From Candidatus Cryptobacteroides sp. (lineage in GTDB: Bacteria; Bacteroidota; Bacteroidia; Bacteroidales; UBA932), in the NCBI GenBank assembly GCA_045117755.1, contig JBGUOB010000021.1, forward strand, positions 510 through 64,509: a DNA stretch of 64,000 nucleotides, in the 5' to 3' direction. The notes below the pieces were generated by a model, which saw only the letters and a list, made by a program, of their open reading frames with translations, made no database searches and was not told the origin of the DNA. Below are positions 33,590 to 43,216 of the stretch, in pieces. Each line of letters opens with the position of its first letter. Position 1 is the first letter of the stretch. A program made the position numbers and the translations under genes.

Positions 33590-34471
33590 TTAGTCTTCGT
33601 ATCCGAATTTGCGCAGTTCGCGCCGGCTCTCCCGCCAGTCGGGATCCACCTTTACGTAAATCTGCAGGAAGACTTTCTTCTGGAAGAAGTCTTCCATATC
33701 GATGCGGGCCTGGGTGCCCACTTTCTTGAGGGCCGCGCCCTGGCGGCCGATGATGATGCCTTTCTGGGATTCGCGCATCACGTAGATGACGGCGCCGATG
33801 TCATAGCGCTCCGCCCCTTCCTTGAAACTCTCGATGCCCACCTCGCAGCAGTACGGGATCTCCTCCTTGTAGTTCAGCAGGATCTTCTCCCGGATGATTT
33901 CCGAGGCGAAAAAGCGGAGGTTCCGGTCCGTGAAGGCGTCTTTGTCAAACCACGGCGGGCATTCCGGAAGCCGTGCGAGGACGGCGTCCAGAATGCTCTC
34001 GAGGTTGAACTTTTCCTGGGCGGAAGCCGGGATGACCGTGGCCGCGGGCAGCTTCTCCTGCCAGTAGGCGAGGAGTTCCGTCACGCGGGGCTGGTCGCTG
34101 ATGTCGATCTTGTTGACTACCACGATCACGGGGCACTCCACCTGGGAGAGCTTCTCCACGTATTCGCTGTTCTTGTCGGGGGTCTCCACCGTGTCCGTGA
34201 CATAGAGGATGACGTCGGCGTCGCCGATGGCGCCGTCCACGAAGTTCATCATGTTCTGCTGGAGACGGTAGCTGGGCTTGAGGATGCCTGGCGTGTCGGA
34301 GTAGACGATCTGCCAGTCCTCGCCGTTCACGATGCCCATGATGCGATGGCGCGTGGTCTGCGCCTTCGCCGTCACGATGGAGAGCTTCTCGCCCACCAGC
34401 GCGTTCATCAGCGTGGACTTCCCGACGTTCGGGTTGCCGATGATGCAAACGAATCCGGAGCGGTGTGCCAT
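33590..34471 (-). CDS. era: GTPase Era
   Basis: GNPNVGKST, QTTR, DTPG, NKID, KH domain GIIIGRQG. Confidence 0.97.
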   Translation of the reverse strand: MAHRSGFVCIIGNPNVGKSTLMNALVGEKLSIVTAKAQTTRHRIMGIVNGEDWQIVYSDTPGILKPSYRLQQNMMNFVDGAIGDADVILYVTDTVETPDKNSEYVEKLSQVECPVIVVVNKIDISDQPRVTELLAYWQEKLPAATVIPASAQEKFNLESILDAVLARLPECPPWFDKDAFTDRNLRFFASEIIREKILLNYKEEIPYCCEVGIESFKEGAERYDIGAVIYVMRESQKGIIIGRQGAALKKVGTQARIDMEDFFQKKVFLQIYVKVDPDWRESRRELRKFGYED

Positions 34472-34472
34472 A

Positions 34473-35858
34473 CTATACGTAAGCCCCCATCTTGAGAATG
34501 TTGGTCTCGCCCTCGGTGAGGTAGCGCCACTCGCCCTTCTTGAGGCCCTTCTTGGTCAGGCCCGCGAAGTACACGCGGTCGAGCGCCTTGACGGTGTAGC
34601 CGAGGGTCTCGAAGATGCGGCGCACGATGCGGTTCTTGCCCGAGTGGATCTCGATGCCGAGCTTGCGCTTGTCCTTCTCGTCGATGTATTCGAGTTCGTC
34701 AGCCTGGACTTCACCGTCGCTGAGCTCGATGCCGGCGAGGATGCGGTCGAAGTCTTCCTGGCTGAGCGGCTTGTCGAGGGCCACCTGGTAGATCTTCTTC
34801 TTGTCGTAGGAGGGGTGCGTGAGGCGCTCGGCGATCTCGCCGTCGTTGGTCAGCATCAGCACGCCGGTCGTGTTCTTGTCGAGCCGGCCCACGGGATACA
34901 CCCGGGTGGGGCAGTTCTTGACGAGATCGACGACGGTCTTCTCGGCGTGGGGGTCGCTGGCCGTGGTGACGAAGCCCTTGGGCTTGTTCATCACGATGTA
35001 CACCTTCTCTTCGCCCTTGAGGCGCTCGCCGTTGAAGCGGATGTCGTCGGTGAAGACGTTGACTTTCGTACCCAGCTCGGTCACCACCTCGCCGTTGACG
35101 GTCACGACACCGGCCTGGATGAGGGTGTCGGCTTCGCGACGGGAGCAGACGCCCGAGTTGGCGATGAACTTGTTGAGGCGGACGGTGTCCTGGATCGGCA
35201 TGGTGTACGGCACCTCGGTGCTCTCGCTGCCGTTCACGACGGGACGGCGGCTGATCATGCGGTTGATGCCCTCCGTGGATTCACGGGTGAAATTGGGTTT
35301 GCGGCCCGGCTTCTTGGCGCCGGGTTTCGGACGGCCGGGGCCGCCCATCGGCTTGCGCGGGCCGGCGTTTCGGTGCTCGCCGAAGCTGCTGCGCCCCTCG
35401 TTGTTGTACGGGCGCTGGGGACGGCCTTCGCCGTACTGGCGCGGCTTGCGGTCGCCGTAGCCGCCTTCGCGGTTGCCGTAGCCGCCTTCCCGGCTGCTGT
35501 AGCCGCCGTTGTCGCGGTGGCCGTAGCCACCCTCGCGGTTGCCGCCGTAATTGCTGCGGCCTTCGCCGTACGGGCGGCGCTCGCCGTCGTCGGAGCGGCG
35601 GGAGCCATAGCTGTTGCCGCCGTGGCTGCCGTAATTGCCGCCGCGGCTGCTGTAGCCGCCGTTGTCACGGTGGCCGTAACCGCCCTGGCGGTTCTCACCG
35701 TAGGGACGCGGCTTGCGGTCGCCGTAATAGCTGTTTCTCTGCTCGCCGGACTCGCTGCGATGCGCGCCGGGCGTGTACTCTACTTTTTCGGATGCGGGGC
35801 GGGGCCCCATCGTTTTCCGCGGTCTAAGTTTTCGGCCTTCTTTGGTAAACTGGTCCAT
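34473..35858 (-). CDS. RsuA/RluB-family rRNA pseudouridine synthase with long disordered N-terminus
   Basis: S4 domain (RLNKFIANSGVCSRREAD), catalytic VGRLD, GKNRIVRR. Confidence 0.93.
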   Translation of the reverse strand: MDQFTKEGRKLRPRKTMGPRPASEKVEYTPGAHRSESGEQRNSYYGDRKPRPYGENRQGGYGHRDNGGYSSRGGNYGSHGGNSYGSRRSDDGERRPYGEGRSNYGGNREGGYGHRDNGGYSSREGGYGNREGGYGDRKPRQYGEGRPQRPYNNEGRSSFGEHRNAGPRKPMGGPGRPKPGAKKPGRKPNFTRESTEGINRMISRRPVVNGSESTEVPYTMPIQDTVRLNKFIANSGVCSRREADTLIQAGVVTVNGEVVTELGTKVNVFTDDIRFNGERLKGEEKVYIVMNKPKGFVTTASDPHAEKTVVDLVKNCPTRVYPVGRLDKNTTGVLMLTNDGEIAERLTHPSYDKKKIYQVALDKPLSQEDFDRILAGIELSDGEVQADELEYIDEKDKRKLGIEIHSGKNRIVRRIFETLGYTVKALDRVYFAGLTKKGLKKGEWRYLTEGETNILKMGAYV

Positions 35859-35862
35859 CTCT

Positions 35863-36642
35863 TTACTTGAGGTTAAAATAATAAGTAATTGTGCCCTCCT
35901 GCATGGCGGGAGCGTCCGCGCTCATGTTGAAATGCGTCTCCAGGGCGGCTTTTCTCGCTGCCGCAGAGAGGGTTTTGTCCAAAACGGTGGTGCCGTCGCC
36001 TCCCGGCACGGCCTTGACTACGTTGCCGTAGTTGTCCACCCAGATATTCACGACCACGATGCCGCTCTCCTGCACGTTGTAGACCGGCCGGGGCAGGTTG
36101 CCCACGGTGTTTCGGCCCTGCACGTGCGCGTTGGGTTTGCCGTCGGTGCGGCCGGCTTCCGTGTTGCCTTTGGCCTGTCCGGCCTTGAAGGCATCCGTCG
36201 GCTCGTCCGCCGCGTGCGGTGCGGTAAGGGTCGTATCTTTTCTGGCCATGCCCGGGAAAGCAGCGCGCGGATCCAGCGCGGGCTCTTTCGGCGTCACGGC
36301 CGGCACCTCCACGTCACCGGCGGGGTCGGGCTGCGTCTGCGGGGTCTCGTTGGGCCGGTCGGCCACATACGGGGACTCGCTCTGCTGCGCCAGTTCGACG
36401 GGACGCGTGAGGTCAGTCTCCTCCGCCAGCGGCTGCTCGCCCTGCAACTGCTGCTCCAGGATTTCGGGCGCTTCGCTGAAATCGATGAGCATGGGCTGCT
36501 CCTGCGGCGGGGGATAGAGGTACTTCAGACCCGAGAAGGATACGAGCACGACGGCGCAGACGTGTACGATCCCCGACAAGACGATGCCGGTGATCCTGGC
36601 GTTGCGTTCGCGCTTCTGTATGAATCTCTGGTCGTTCTGCAT
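35863..36642 (-). CDS. TonB-like energy transducer
   Basis: N-terminal TM with His (GIVHVCA), Pro/Glu-rich linker, TonB C-domain (GIVVVNIWVDNYGNV...GTITYYF); follows exbBD. Confidence 0.85.
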   Translation of the reverse strand: MQNDQRFIQKRERNARITGIVLSGIVHVCAVVLVSFSGLKYLYPPPQEQPMLIDFSEAPEILEQQLQGEQPLAEETDLTRPVELAQQSESPYVADRPNETPQTQPDPAGDVEVPAVTPKEPALDPRAAFPGMARKDTTLTAPHAADEPTDAFKAGQAKGNTEAGRTDGKPNAHVQGRNTVGNLPRPVYNVQESGIVVVNIWVDNYGNVVKAVPGGDGTTVLDKTLSAAARKAALETHFNMSADAPAMQEGTITYYFNLK

Positions 36643-36645
36643 GGC

Positions 36646-37056
36646 TTACTCTGGCTGTGTGGCCAGGATAACTTTGTAATGATTACGCTTGGCGATGTTC
36701 ATGACCTGCACAATCTCGCCGATCGGCACGCTCTCGTCGGAGAAGATCGAGAAGGTCGGATCCTCTTCGTTCTGGAGCAGTCCCACGATTTCGTCCTCCA
36801 CGTCGGAGAATGCCACCGGGTTCTGGGCGCCGTTGATGTGGTAGGTATAGCGGTCGTCGCCCCAATCCTTGATGGAGACGCTCACCGTGGCCTTGGCGCC
36901 CACCTGGCCGGTGCTTTTCGGGAGCAGGAGCTTCAGGGCGTTGGGGTTGACCAGGGTGGAAGTCACCAGGAAGAAGATCAGCAGCAGGAACACGATGTCC
37001 GTCATCGAGGACATCGCGATGTTGGGATCCGCCTTGGTGATTCGCTTGAGGGCCAT
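36646..37056 (-). CDS. exbD: ExbD/TolR protein
   Basis: SSMTDIVFLLLIFF TM motif. Confidence 0.92.
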   Translation of the reverse strand: MALKRITKADPNIAMSSMTDIVFLLLIFFLVTSTLVNPNALKLLLPKSTGQVGAKATVSVSIKDWGDDRYTYHINGAQNPVAFSDVEDEIVGLLQNEEDPTFSIFSDESVPIGEIVQVMNIAKRNHYKVILATQPE

Positions 37057-37058
37057 CG

Positions 37059-37757
37059 CTATTCCGCTTTATTCGCATCGGCGGCGGGTTCGCCGAGCAT
37101 ATCCATGAACTTGATGGTCGCGCTCTCCATGCTGTACACCAGGCTGGAGATGCGGGCCGTCAGGAAGTTGTAACCGAAGTAGGCGAGGATACCGACGATC
37201 AGACCGCCGACCGTGGTGATCATGGCGGTGTAGATGCCGCTCGACAGGAGCGTGATGTCGATATTGTTGCCGGCGTTGGACATGTTGAAGAACGCCTGCA
37301 CCATGCCGATCACCGTGCCGAGGAATCCGATCATCGGAGCGCCGCCGGCGATGGTGGCAAGGTAGGGAAGTCCCTTCTCCAGGCGGGCCACCTCCACGTT
37401 GCCGACATTCTCGATGGCGGCCTGCACGTCCGTGGCGGGCTTGCCGATGCGGGCGATGCCGGCCTCGACCATCCGGGCGACGGGCGCGTCGTACTTGCTG
37501 CAGAGCGTGTGCGCGGACTTGATCTTTCCCTCATGGATGTAATCGCGGATGTCGTTGATGAAGTCCTTGTCGATCTTGCCGGCCTGGCGGATGATCCACC
37601 ATTTCTTGCCGAAGATGTAGATAGCGATGATCGACAGGGCGAGGAGCACCCACATGAGCGGGCCGCCTTTCGCGGCCATTTCGAAGAGGGAATACGACAT
37701 CTCCTGCTGCACGGGTGCAGCCTGGGCGATGTCTGTCTGGAGAAGCGTGAACAACAT
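37059..37757 (-). CDS. exbB: ExbB/MotA/TolQ proton channel
   Basis: APMIGFLGTVIGM, ALxTT-like AMITTVGGL; -7 element TATATTTG at 37819-37826. Confidence 0.93.
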   Translation of the reverse strand: MLFTLLQTDIAQAAPVQQEMSYSLFEMAAKGGPLMWVLLALSIIAIYIFGKKWWIIRQAGKIDKDFINDIRDYIHEGKIKSAHTLCSKYDAPVARMVEAGIARIGKPATDVQAAIENVGNVEVARLEKGLPYLATIAGGAPMIGFLGTVIGMVQAFFNMSNAGNNIDITLLSSGIYTAMITTVGGLIVGILAYFGYNFLTARISSLVYSMESATIKFMDMLGEPAADANKAE

Positions 37758-37901
37758 ATTTAAGTGCTTTGGTTAACCAACAATTAGCAAAAAAACTGCC
37801 CATTAAGGCATAATCGTACAAATATACGATTATTTAGCTAATTCCGCAAACCAATTCCGGCTCCGCTTTTCCGTCTGCTGCTCGCAGGTAGCGTGACAGA
37901 A

Positions 37902-40508
37902 TTAAATGACCTCCAGATCGGTGTCGGGCAGCCAGCCCTGGCGGCCGTCGGCGAGCTCGATGTTGCGCCAGGAGCCGACGGTGTCGAGGAGCCGCACCTT
38001 GGTGCCTTCGTGAAGGACGAAGAGGTCCTTCGCGGAGTCGCGGCCCGGGGCGCTCTGGACGGTGGTGACGGCGCGCGTGACGATGGCGCTGTCGGCCTTG
38101 CGGTAGTCCGCCCGCTGCCAGAAGGCGAAGCTCAGGCAGAGAACCGCGAGCACCAGCGCCACGATGCCGCCGATGAAACCGCCGCGTCGCGCCGCCACGC
38201 TGCGTCCCAGCAGGAACAGCAGCACGCAGGCGAGCGTCACGGCCAGCAGCACCAGGAAGAGCGCCGACCAGGTGTCGGAGGGCAGCAGCCAGCAGAGCTT
38301 GCGGCCCCAGACCGACAGGAAGAACTCCGGCACGGCCTCGATCTTGTCCTGCAGCTGGGTCTGCGCAAAGGCCAGGTTATAACGGGCGTCGGCGTAGGAA
38401 GGATCGAGCTTGAGGGCCCGCTCGTAATTCAGGATGGCGTGGGCCAGGTCGTCCTGCTTGAACAGGGCGTCGCCCAGGTTGCAATACAGCTGCGGCGATT
38501 CCAGCCCCAGGGCGCGGAGGTCGCTCCAGGCCTTGGCGGCGCCGGCCCAGTCGCCGTCGGTATAGGCTGCGACACCGGCCGTCCACAGGGAATCGGCATA
38601 ATCGACCTGCTGCGCGGACGCGAAATGCGCGGGCAGCAGCAGGAGCAGCGCCAGCAGGGCGGCGGCGCCCGATTTGCGCGGAACTCTTCTCATACTGTCG
38701 TCGATGGCGGAAATGACCGAGACCGCCTTCTCGTAATGGGTATTCATGGCATCGTGCCCGGCGTCCGGCGCGTAGCGCGCGAATTCGCACGCGTCCAGCA
38801 GGCCGGTGAAATCGGCCGCGACGCCCTCCGGAACCCCGTTCTCCGTCAGCCGGGCGGCGATGTTCTCCTTGCTGAGGTCGGCGGCGTCCAGGTTGAGCTT
38901 GTCGGAGACGAAGCCCAGCAGGGCGCGGTGCAGCTCCTCGTAGAAGGCCGTGTAGAGGTTGCCCTGCAGGAAGGACCCCGCCTGGGCGAGCCGCTTGCGC
39001 GCCATCTTCGTGGCACCGCGGTTCTTGCTGCCGACCACGTCGGCGCGCCGGGCGGCGAGCCCGCGCAGGAGGAGCCAGGCATTGAAGGCGAGCACCAGCA
39101 GCATGAGGGCGACGATCCAGAAGGCGAGCGAACCCGTGAAGAAATACCCCACGGAAGAAAGCGTGCCCGGCTTCGTGGCGATGAAGCGGATGTCGCTGCC
39201 GAGGTCGCGCACGTCCTTGCCGCGGGAGCTCTGGACGAGCTGGCCGCCGGCCGTGCCGCCGCCGGTGTCGGCGCCCTTGCCGACCCGCACCGGCAGCTCC
39301 TGGCTGCGCAGGGTCACGTATTTGCGCGAAGCGAGGTCGAAATAGCTGTATTCCACGGGCCCGAGGACGAAGTCGCCGTGGCTGCGCGGAATGAAGGGAT
39401 ATTCGAATACTTTGCCGCCGGCCACGTCGGAGACTTTGACGTCATAGACCTCGAAGTCCGGCGGGAAGGAAATCTTGGGTGCCTCCAGCAGGGAAGTGTT
39501 GCCGCTGCCCGTGACGGTGACGCGCAGCGAGGCGGCGTCGTGGGTGAGCAGCGAATCGCGCGTCAGCGCCGCGCTCATCTTGAATGAGCCCACGCCTCCG
39601 CCGAACGAGGCCGGCGCACCGGCGGGCAGGGCGCTGACCTGGATGGTCATCGGCTGCGTGGTCACGCGCTTGCGGATGGTCTGGTAATCATCCTGGAAGA
39701 AATCGTCGAAAATGCTGCCGGTCGAAGGGCGCTGCGTGCGCACGTTCACCAGGCAGACCAGCTCGGCCGGGTCGATGGTGACCTCGCCCGCCTTCTGCGG
39801 CACGAGGTTCCAGCTGCGGAGCACGGCACTGTTGTAGATCTTGTCGCCGACGCTCTCGCGGCGGAATTCGATCTGGCTGGGCGCCTGCACTTCCTGGCTC
39901 CAGAACCCGTTGAAACTCGGGAACTTGGCATCCTCGAAACCGGCGATATTCACCCGCTGGTAGAGCTTGAGCGTGGCGGTGACCGTCTCGCCCACCATGA
40001 CGTTGCGCTTACTCAGCGTCAGGCGAAGATACATGTCGTCCGCCGACACGGTGCCGGTTTGCGCACTGCTCTGCTGCCCCTGCTGGGAGCGGCCCTGGCT
40101 GGCCTGCCCCTGGCCCTGGGCGGCGCCATCGCTGACCACTTCCACCGTCGGGCGGGCGGAGACCAGGCGGTTGCCCTTCACCGTTGCCTCCGCGGCGGCC
40201 AGCTGGAAGCGGCCGATGCTCTTCGGAAGCAGGATGTAGGTGTAGGTCGTCTGCGAGGTGCGCGTGGTCTTGCCGTTGATCATGTTGACGGAGGTCGAGG
40301 TGCCGCGCTGCGGACCCCAGACGAGCTGGAAATCCGAACCGGGCTCCCACTTGAAGTCGCTCGGCTTGTCGTCGCCGCTGATGATGAACGTGACGTTGAA
40401 CTGCTCGTTCACGCCCACGAGGTTGGGCGCCTGGACTTTGATGGTCGTCTGGGCGGAAGCGGCCAGCGCGCACAGGGCGGCCGCAAGCAAGGCTATGAGT
40501 CTTTTCAT
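37902..40508 (-). CDS. batD: BatD-BatE fusion protein
   Basis: N-terminal BatD repeats and TM; C-terminal TPR + TM + SH3 (LHEGTKV...LADGRQGWL) typical of BatE; start MKRL at 40508 overlaps the batC stop. Confidence 0.85.
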   Translation of the reverse strand: MKRLIALLAAALCALAASAQTTIKVQAPNLVGVNEQFNVTFIISGDDKPSDFKWEPGSDFQLVWGPQRGTSTSVNMINGKTTRTSQTTYTYILLPKSIGRFQLAAAEATVKGNRLVSARPTVEVVSDGAAQGQGQASQGRSQQGQQSSAQTGTVSADDMYLRLTLSKRNVMVGETVTATLKLYQRVNIAGFEDAKFPSFNGFWSQEVQAPSQIEFRRESVGDKIYNSAVLRSWNLVPQKAGEVTIDPAELVCLVNVRTQRPSTGSIFDDFFQDDYQTIRKRVTTQPMTIQVSALPAGAPASFGGGVGSFKMSAALTRDSLLTHDAASLRVTVTGSGNTSLLEAPKISFPPDFEVYDVKVSDVAGGKVFEYPFIPRSHGDFVLGPVEYSYFDLASRKYVTLRSQELPVRVGKGADTGGGTAGGQLVQSSRGKDVRDLGSDIRFIATKPGTLSSVGYFFTGSLAFWIVALMLLVLAFNAWLLLRGLAARRADVVGSKNRGATKMARKRLAQAGSFLQGNLYTAFYEELHRALLGFVSDKLNLDAADLSKENIAARLTENGVPEGVAADFTGLLDACEFARYAPDAGHDAMNTHYEKAVSVISAIDDSMRRVPRKSGAAALLALLLLLPAHFASAQQVDYADSLWTAGVAAYTDGDWAGAAKAWSDLRALGLESPQLYCNLGDALFKQDDLAHAILNYERALKLDPSYADARYNLAFAQTQLQDKIEAVPEFFLSVWGRKLCWLLPSDTWSALFLVLLAVTLACVLLFLLGRSVAARRGGFIGGIVALVLAVLCLSFAFWQRADYRKADSAIVTRAVTTVQSAPGRDSAKDLFVLHEGTKVRLLDTVGSWRNIELADGRQGWLPDTDLEVI

Positions 40509-41233
40509 CACCAATTCTTTTCTTTCTGACGGGACTTCAGCAGGGCGGCCTTCTCCTTGTTCACCTTGTCCTGGGTCTCCTTCTCCTTGGCCTGGATGGC
40601 CCGCAGCATCTGCTGGGCCTGCTGGGGAGAAATCTGGGGCTCCTGCTGCTGTTGTTGCTGCTGTTTGTCCTGATTATTCTGATCCTGCTGATCCTGGTTC
40701 TGATTCTGATCGTCGTTGTTCTGATCTTGATTCTGGTCCTGGTTCTGCTGGTCCTGGTTATCCTGATTCTGGTCCTGGTCCTGATTCTGCTGGTTGTCGC
40801 CGCCACCGCCGCCCTGCTGGTTCTGCAGCATCTTCTTGGCGTAGATGTAGTTCTCCTTGGCGTCGAGGTCGGCCGGATCCAGCAGGAGCGCCTGCCGGAA
40901 AGCCTCCACGGCGGCCTGGTAATCCTGCTGCTGCAGCGCGGCGTCGCCGGCGTTGTAGTGGTACTGCGCCGGCAGGCCCGGCTGCTCCTTCACGCGCTCC
41001 AGCGCCTTGGCCGCACCGGCCCAGTCCTCCTGGCGGTAGAGCGCGGAGGCGAGGTCGTAGTTCGCGGTCACGGAGGTGGAATCCTTGAGCACCGCCTTGC
41101 GGTAGTCAATCTCGGACTCCTTGAAGCGGCCGCGGGAGAACTTGCGGTTGCCGGCGCGCACGTCGTGCTTGTCGGCTTGCGCAAAGGCAGGCAGACCGCA
41201 GAGAATCAGCAATATGACTAGAAACTTCCTCAT
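40508..41233 (-). CDS. batC: BatC (TPR protein with Q/N/D-rich linker)
   Basis: Signal peptide, TPRs, QNQD repeats, ISPQQAQQMLRAI...EKETQDKV...EKNW. Confidence 0.88.
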   Translation of the reverse strand: MRKFLVILLILCGLPAFAQADKHDVRAGNRKFSRGRFKESEIDYRKAVLKDSTSVTANYDLASALYRQEDWAGAAKALERVKEQPGLPAQYHYNAGDAALQQQDYQAAVEAFRQALLLDPADLDAKENYIYAKKMLQNQQGGGGGDNQQNQDQDQNQDNQDQQNQDQNQDQNNDDQNQNQDQQDQNNQDKQQQQQQQEPQISPQQAQQMLRAIQAKEKETQDKVNKEKAALLKSRQKEKNW

Positions 41234-42231
41234 TCGAACAAGCGTTTTTTGGCGCGCCGCTCGCCGATCAGCATCTCCAGTACGAAGAAGAGCAGCGCGG
41301 CGGCGAAGAAATACATATACTGCTCGTCATATTCCTCGAAGACGACGTTGTTGAAGCGCTCGTCCTCGAGCTTGCGGATCTCGTCGAGGATGGGGTTGAG
41401 GCCGAACTCCTCACCGCCCGCGTGGACATAGGCGCCGTTGCCGACGGAGGCGATCTTCTTGAGCGTCTCCTCGTCGAGGCGGGTCACGACGATGTTGCCG
41501 TCCTTGTCCTTCATCAGGTCGCCGTCCTTGGGGATGGGCTGGCCCCGCAGGGAGCCGACGCCGACCGTATAGACGCGGATGCCCGTGGCGGCCACCTCCC
41601 GGGCGGCGTCGACGGGGTCGTCCTCGTGGTTCTCACCGTCGGTGATGACGATGATGGCGCGGCTCTTCTCGCTCTGCGTGCTGAAGCTCTTGGCCGCCGT
41701 GAGGATGGCGTCGCCGATGGCCGTGCCCTGCACGGGAACCGACTGGGTATCAATGGAATTCAGGAACATCTTGGCGGACACGTAGTCCGTCGTGATGGGC
41801 AGCTGCACGAAGGAGCTGCCGGCGAAGATGATCAAGCCGATGCGGTCGCCGTCCAGGCGGTCCACGATGCGGGAGATGGCCAGCTTGGCCCGCGACAGGC
41901 GGTCCGGCGTGTAGTCCTGCGCCAGCATCGAATTGGACACGTCCAGGCAGATCATGATCTCGGCGCCCTTGGTCTCGCGCTCCACCAGCTTGGCGCCCAG
42001 CATCGGGCGGGCCAGGCCGATTGCGAAGCAGGCGAAGCCCAGGCAGAAAAGCACGGTCCGCCACCAGCCCTTGGCGCCGGACCAGGAAGGCATCAGCGCG
42101 TCCACGAGCGCCTCCTCGCCGAAGCGGCGCACACGGCGCCGGCGGCCGCGCCGCAGCAGGGCGTAGCCGAGCAGGATGACCGGGACGAGCAGCAGGAGCC
42201 ACAGGAAATGGGCACGGGCAAACATCAACAT
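41230..42231 (-). CDS. batB: BatB (vWA domain)
   Basis: MIDAS DVSNSM, QGTAIG, ITDGENH. Confidence 0.9.
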   Translation of the reverse strand: MLMFARAHFLWLLLLVPVILLGYALLRRGRRRRVRRFGEEALVDALMPSWSGAKGWWRTVLFCLGFACFAIGLARPMLGAKLVERETKGAEIMICLDVSNSMLAQDYTPDRLSRAKLAISRIVDRLDGDRIGLIIFAGSSFVQLPITTDYVSAKMFLNSIDTQSVPVQGTAIGDAILTAAKSFSTQSEKSRAIIVITDGENHEDDPVDAAREVAATGIRVYTVGVGSLRGQPIPKDGDLMKDKDGNIVVTRLDEETLKKIASVGNGAYVHAGGEEFGLNPILDEIRKLEDERFNNVVFEEYDEQYMYFFAAALLFFVLEMLIGERRAKKRLFE

Positions 42232-42232
42232 A

Positions 42233-43216
42233 TTACGGCATCCTCCTCAATAAAAGTACAACCAGCAGTTCGAGCAGCAGGCAGATGAGCGCAGCCACGC
42301 CGAAGCGCCCGAACAGTTCCTTGTAGACGGGGAAGCTGTCCACGGTGGTGCGGGCCTTCTCCATCTTGTTGATTTCCGAATAGATCTCCGCGAGCTTGGT
42401 GTTGTCCGTCGCGCGGAAGTAGCGGCCGCCCGTGGCGTCGGCGATGCCCTTGAGCAGCTCCTCGTCGATCTCGACCTGGACCTTCTGCATCTCCACGCCC
42501 CAGGGGGTCATGACCGGGTAGGGGGCCATGCCGTTGGCGCCCACACCGATCGTGTAGACGCGCACGCCGTAGGTCTTGGCGATCTCGGCGGCCGTCTGCG
42601 GGGCCACCTCGCCGCTGTTGTTCACGCCGTCCGTGAGCAGGATCACCACGCGGCTCGGCGCATCGGAGTCCATCATCCGGGCCACGGCGGTGGCCAGGCC
42701 GTTGCCGATGGCGGTGCCGTCCTCGATGAGGTCGGTCTGCACCTCCTTCATCAGGTTGATGAGGGTGGCGCGGTCGGTCGTCAGCGGGCACTGCGTGAAG
42801 CTCTCGCCTGCGAAGACCACGATGCCCATGCGGTCGGAGGGCCGCTGGGCGATGAATTCAATGGCGATGTCCTTGGCCGCGCTGAGGCGGTCCGGCGTGA
42901 AGTCCCGCGCCAGCATACTCGTCGAGACGTCCATCGCCAGCACGATGTCGATTCCTTCCGTGTCGCGCTTCTCCACCTCGCTGGACGAGCGCGGGCGCGC
43001 CAAGGCCACGATGATCAGGCAGAGCGCGGCGGTGCGCAGCACCATCGGCAGATGCCGGATCACGCCCAGCGCCGAACGGCCGCCCTGCAGCCAGGGCGTC
43101 GCCTTGGAGACGCGCAGGTGCGGACGCCGCCCCGCCAGCTCGCGGTACACGTAGAGTGCGACGAGCAGCAGCGGCACGATCAGCAGCCAGAGGAGGGAAG
43201 GATACTCAAAGTTCAT
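42233..43216 (-). CDS. batA: BatA (vWA domain)
   Basis: Start MNFEYP at 43216; DVSTSM, GTAIGNGL, LTDGVNN, GGRYFRATDN. Confidence 0.92.
   Translation of the reverse strand: MNFEYPSLLWLLIVPLLLVALYVYRELAGRRPHLRVSKATPWLQGGRSALGVIRHLPMVLRTAALCLIIVALARPRSSSEVEKRDTEGIDIVLAMDVSTSMLARDFTPDRLSAAKDIAIEFIAQRPSDRMGIVVFAGESFTQCPLTTDRATLINLMKEVQTDLIEDGTAIGNGLATAVARMMDSDAPSRVVILLTDGVNNSGEVAPQTAAEIAKTYGVRVYTIGVGANGMAPYPVMTPWGVEMQKVQVEIDEELLKGIADATGGRYFRATDNTKLAEIYSEINKMEKARTTVDSFPVYKELFGRFGVAALICLLLELLVVLLLRRMP

Noticed and set aside
35400-35740. Direct DNA repeats in the pseudouridine synthase 5' region as a possible CRISPR array
   Set aside because: The repeats are in-frame, irregularly spaced and coding, with no cas genes nearby.
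40640-40800. Short tandem-like repeats in batC (QNQD/QQQ codons)
   Set aside because: A low-complexity linker typical of BatC. There is no constant repeat with unique spacers, so it is not CRISPR or a VNTR system.
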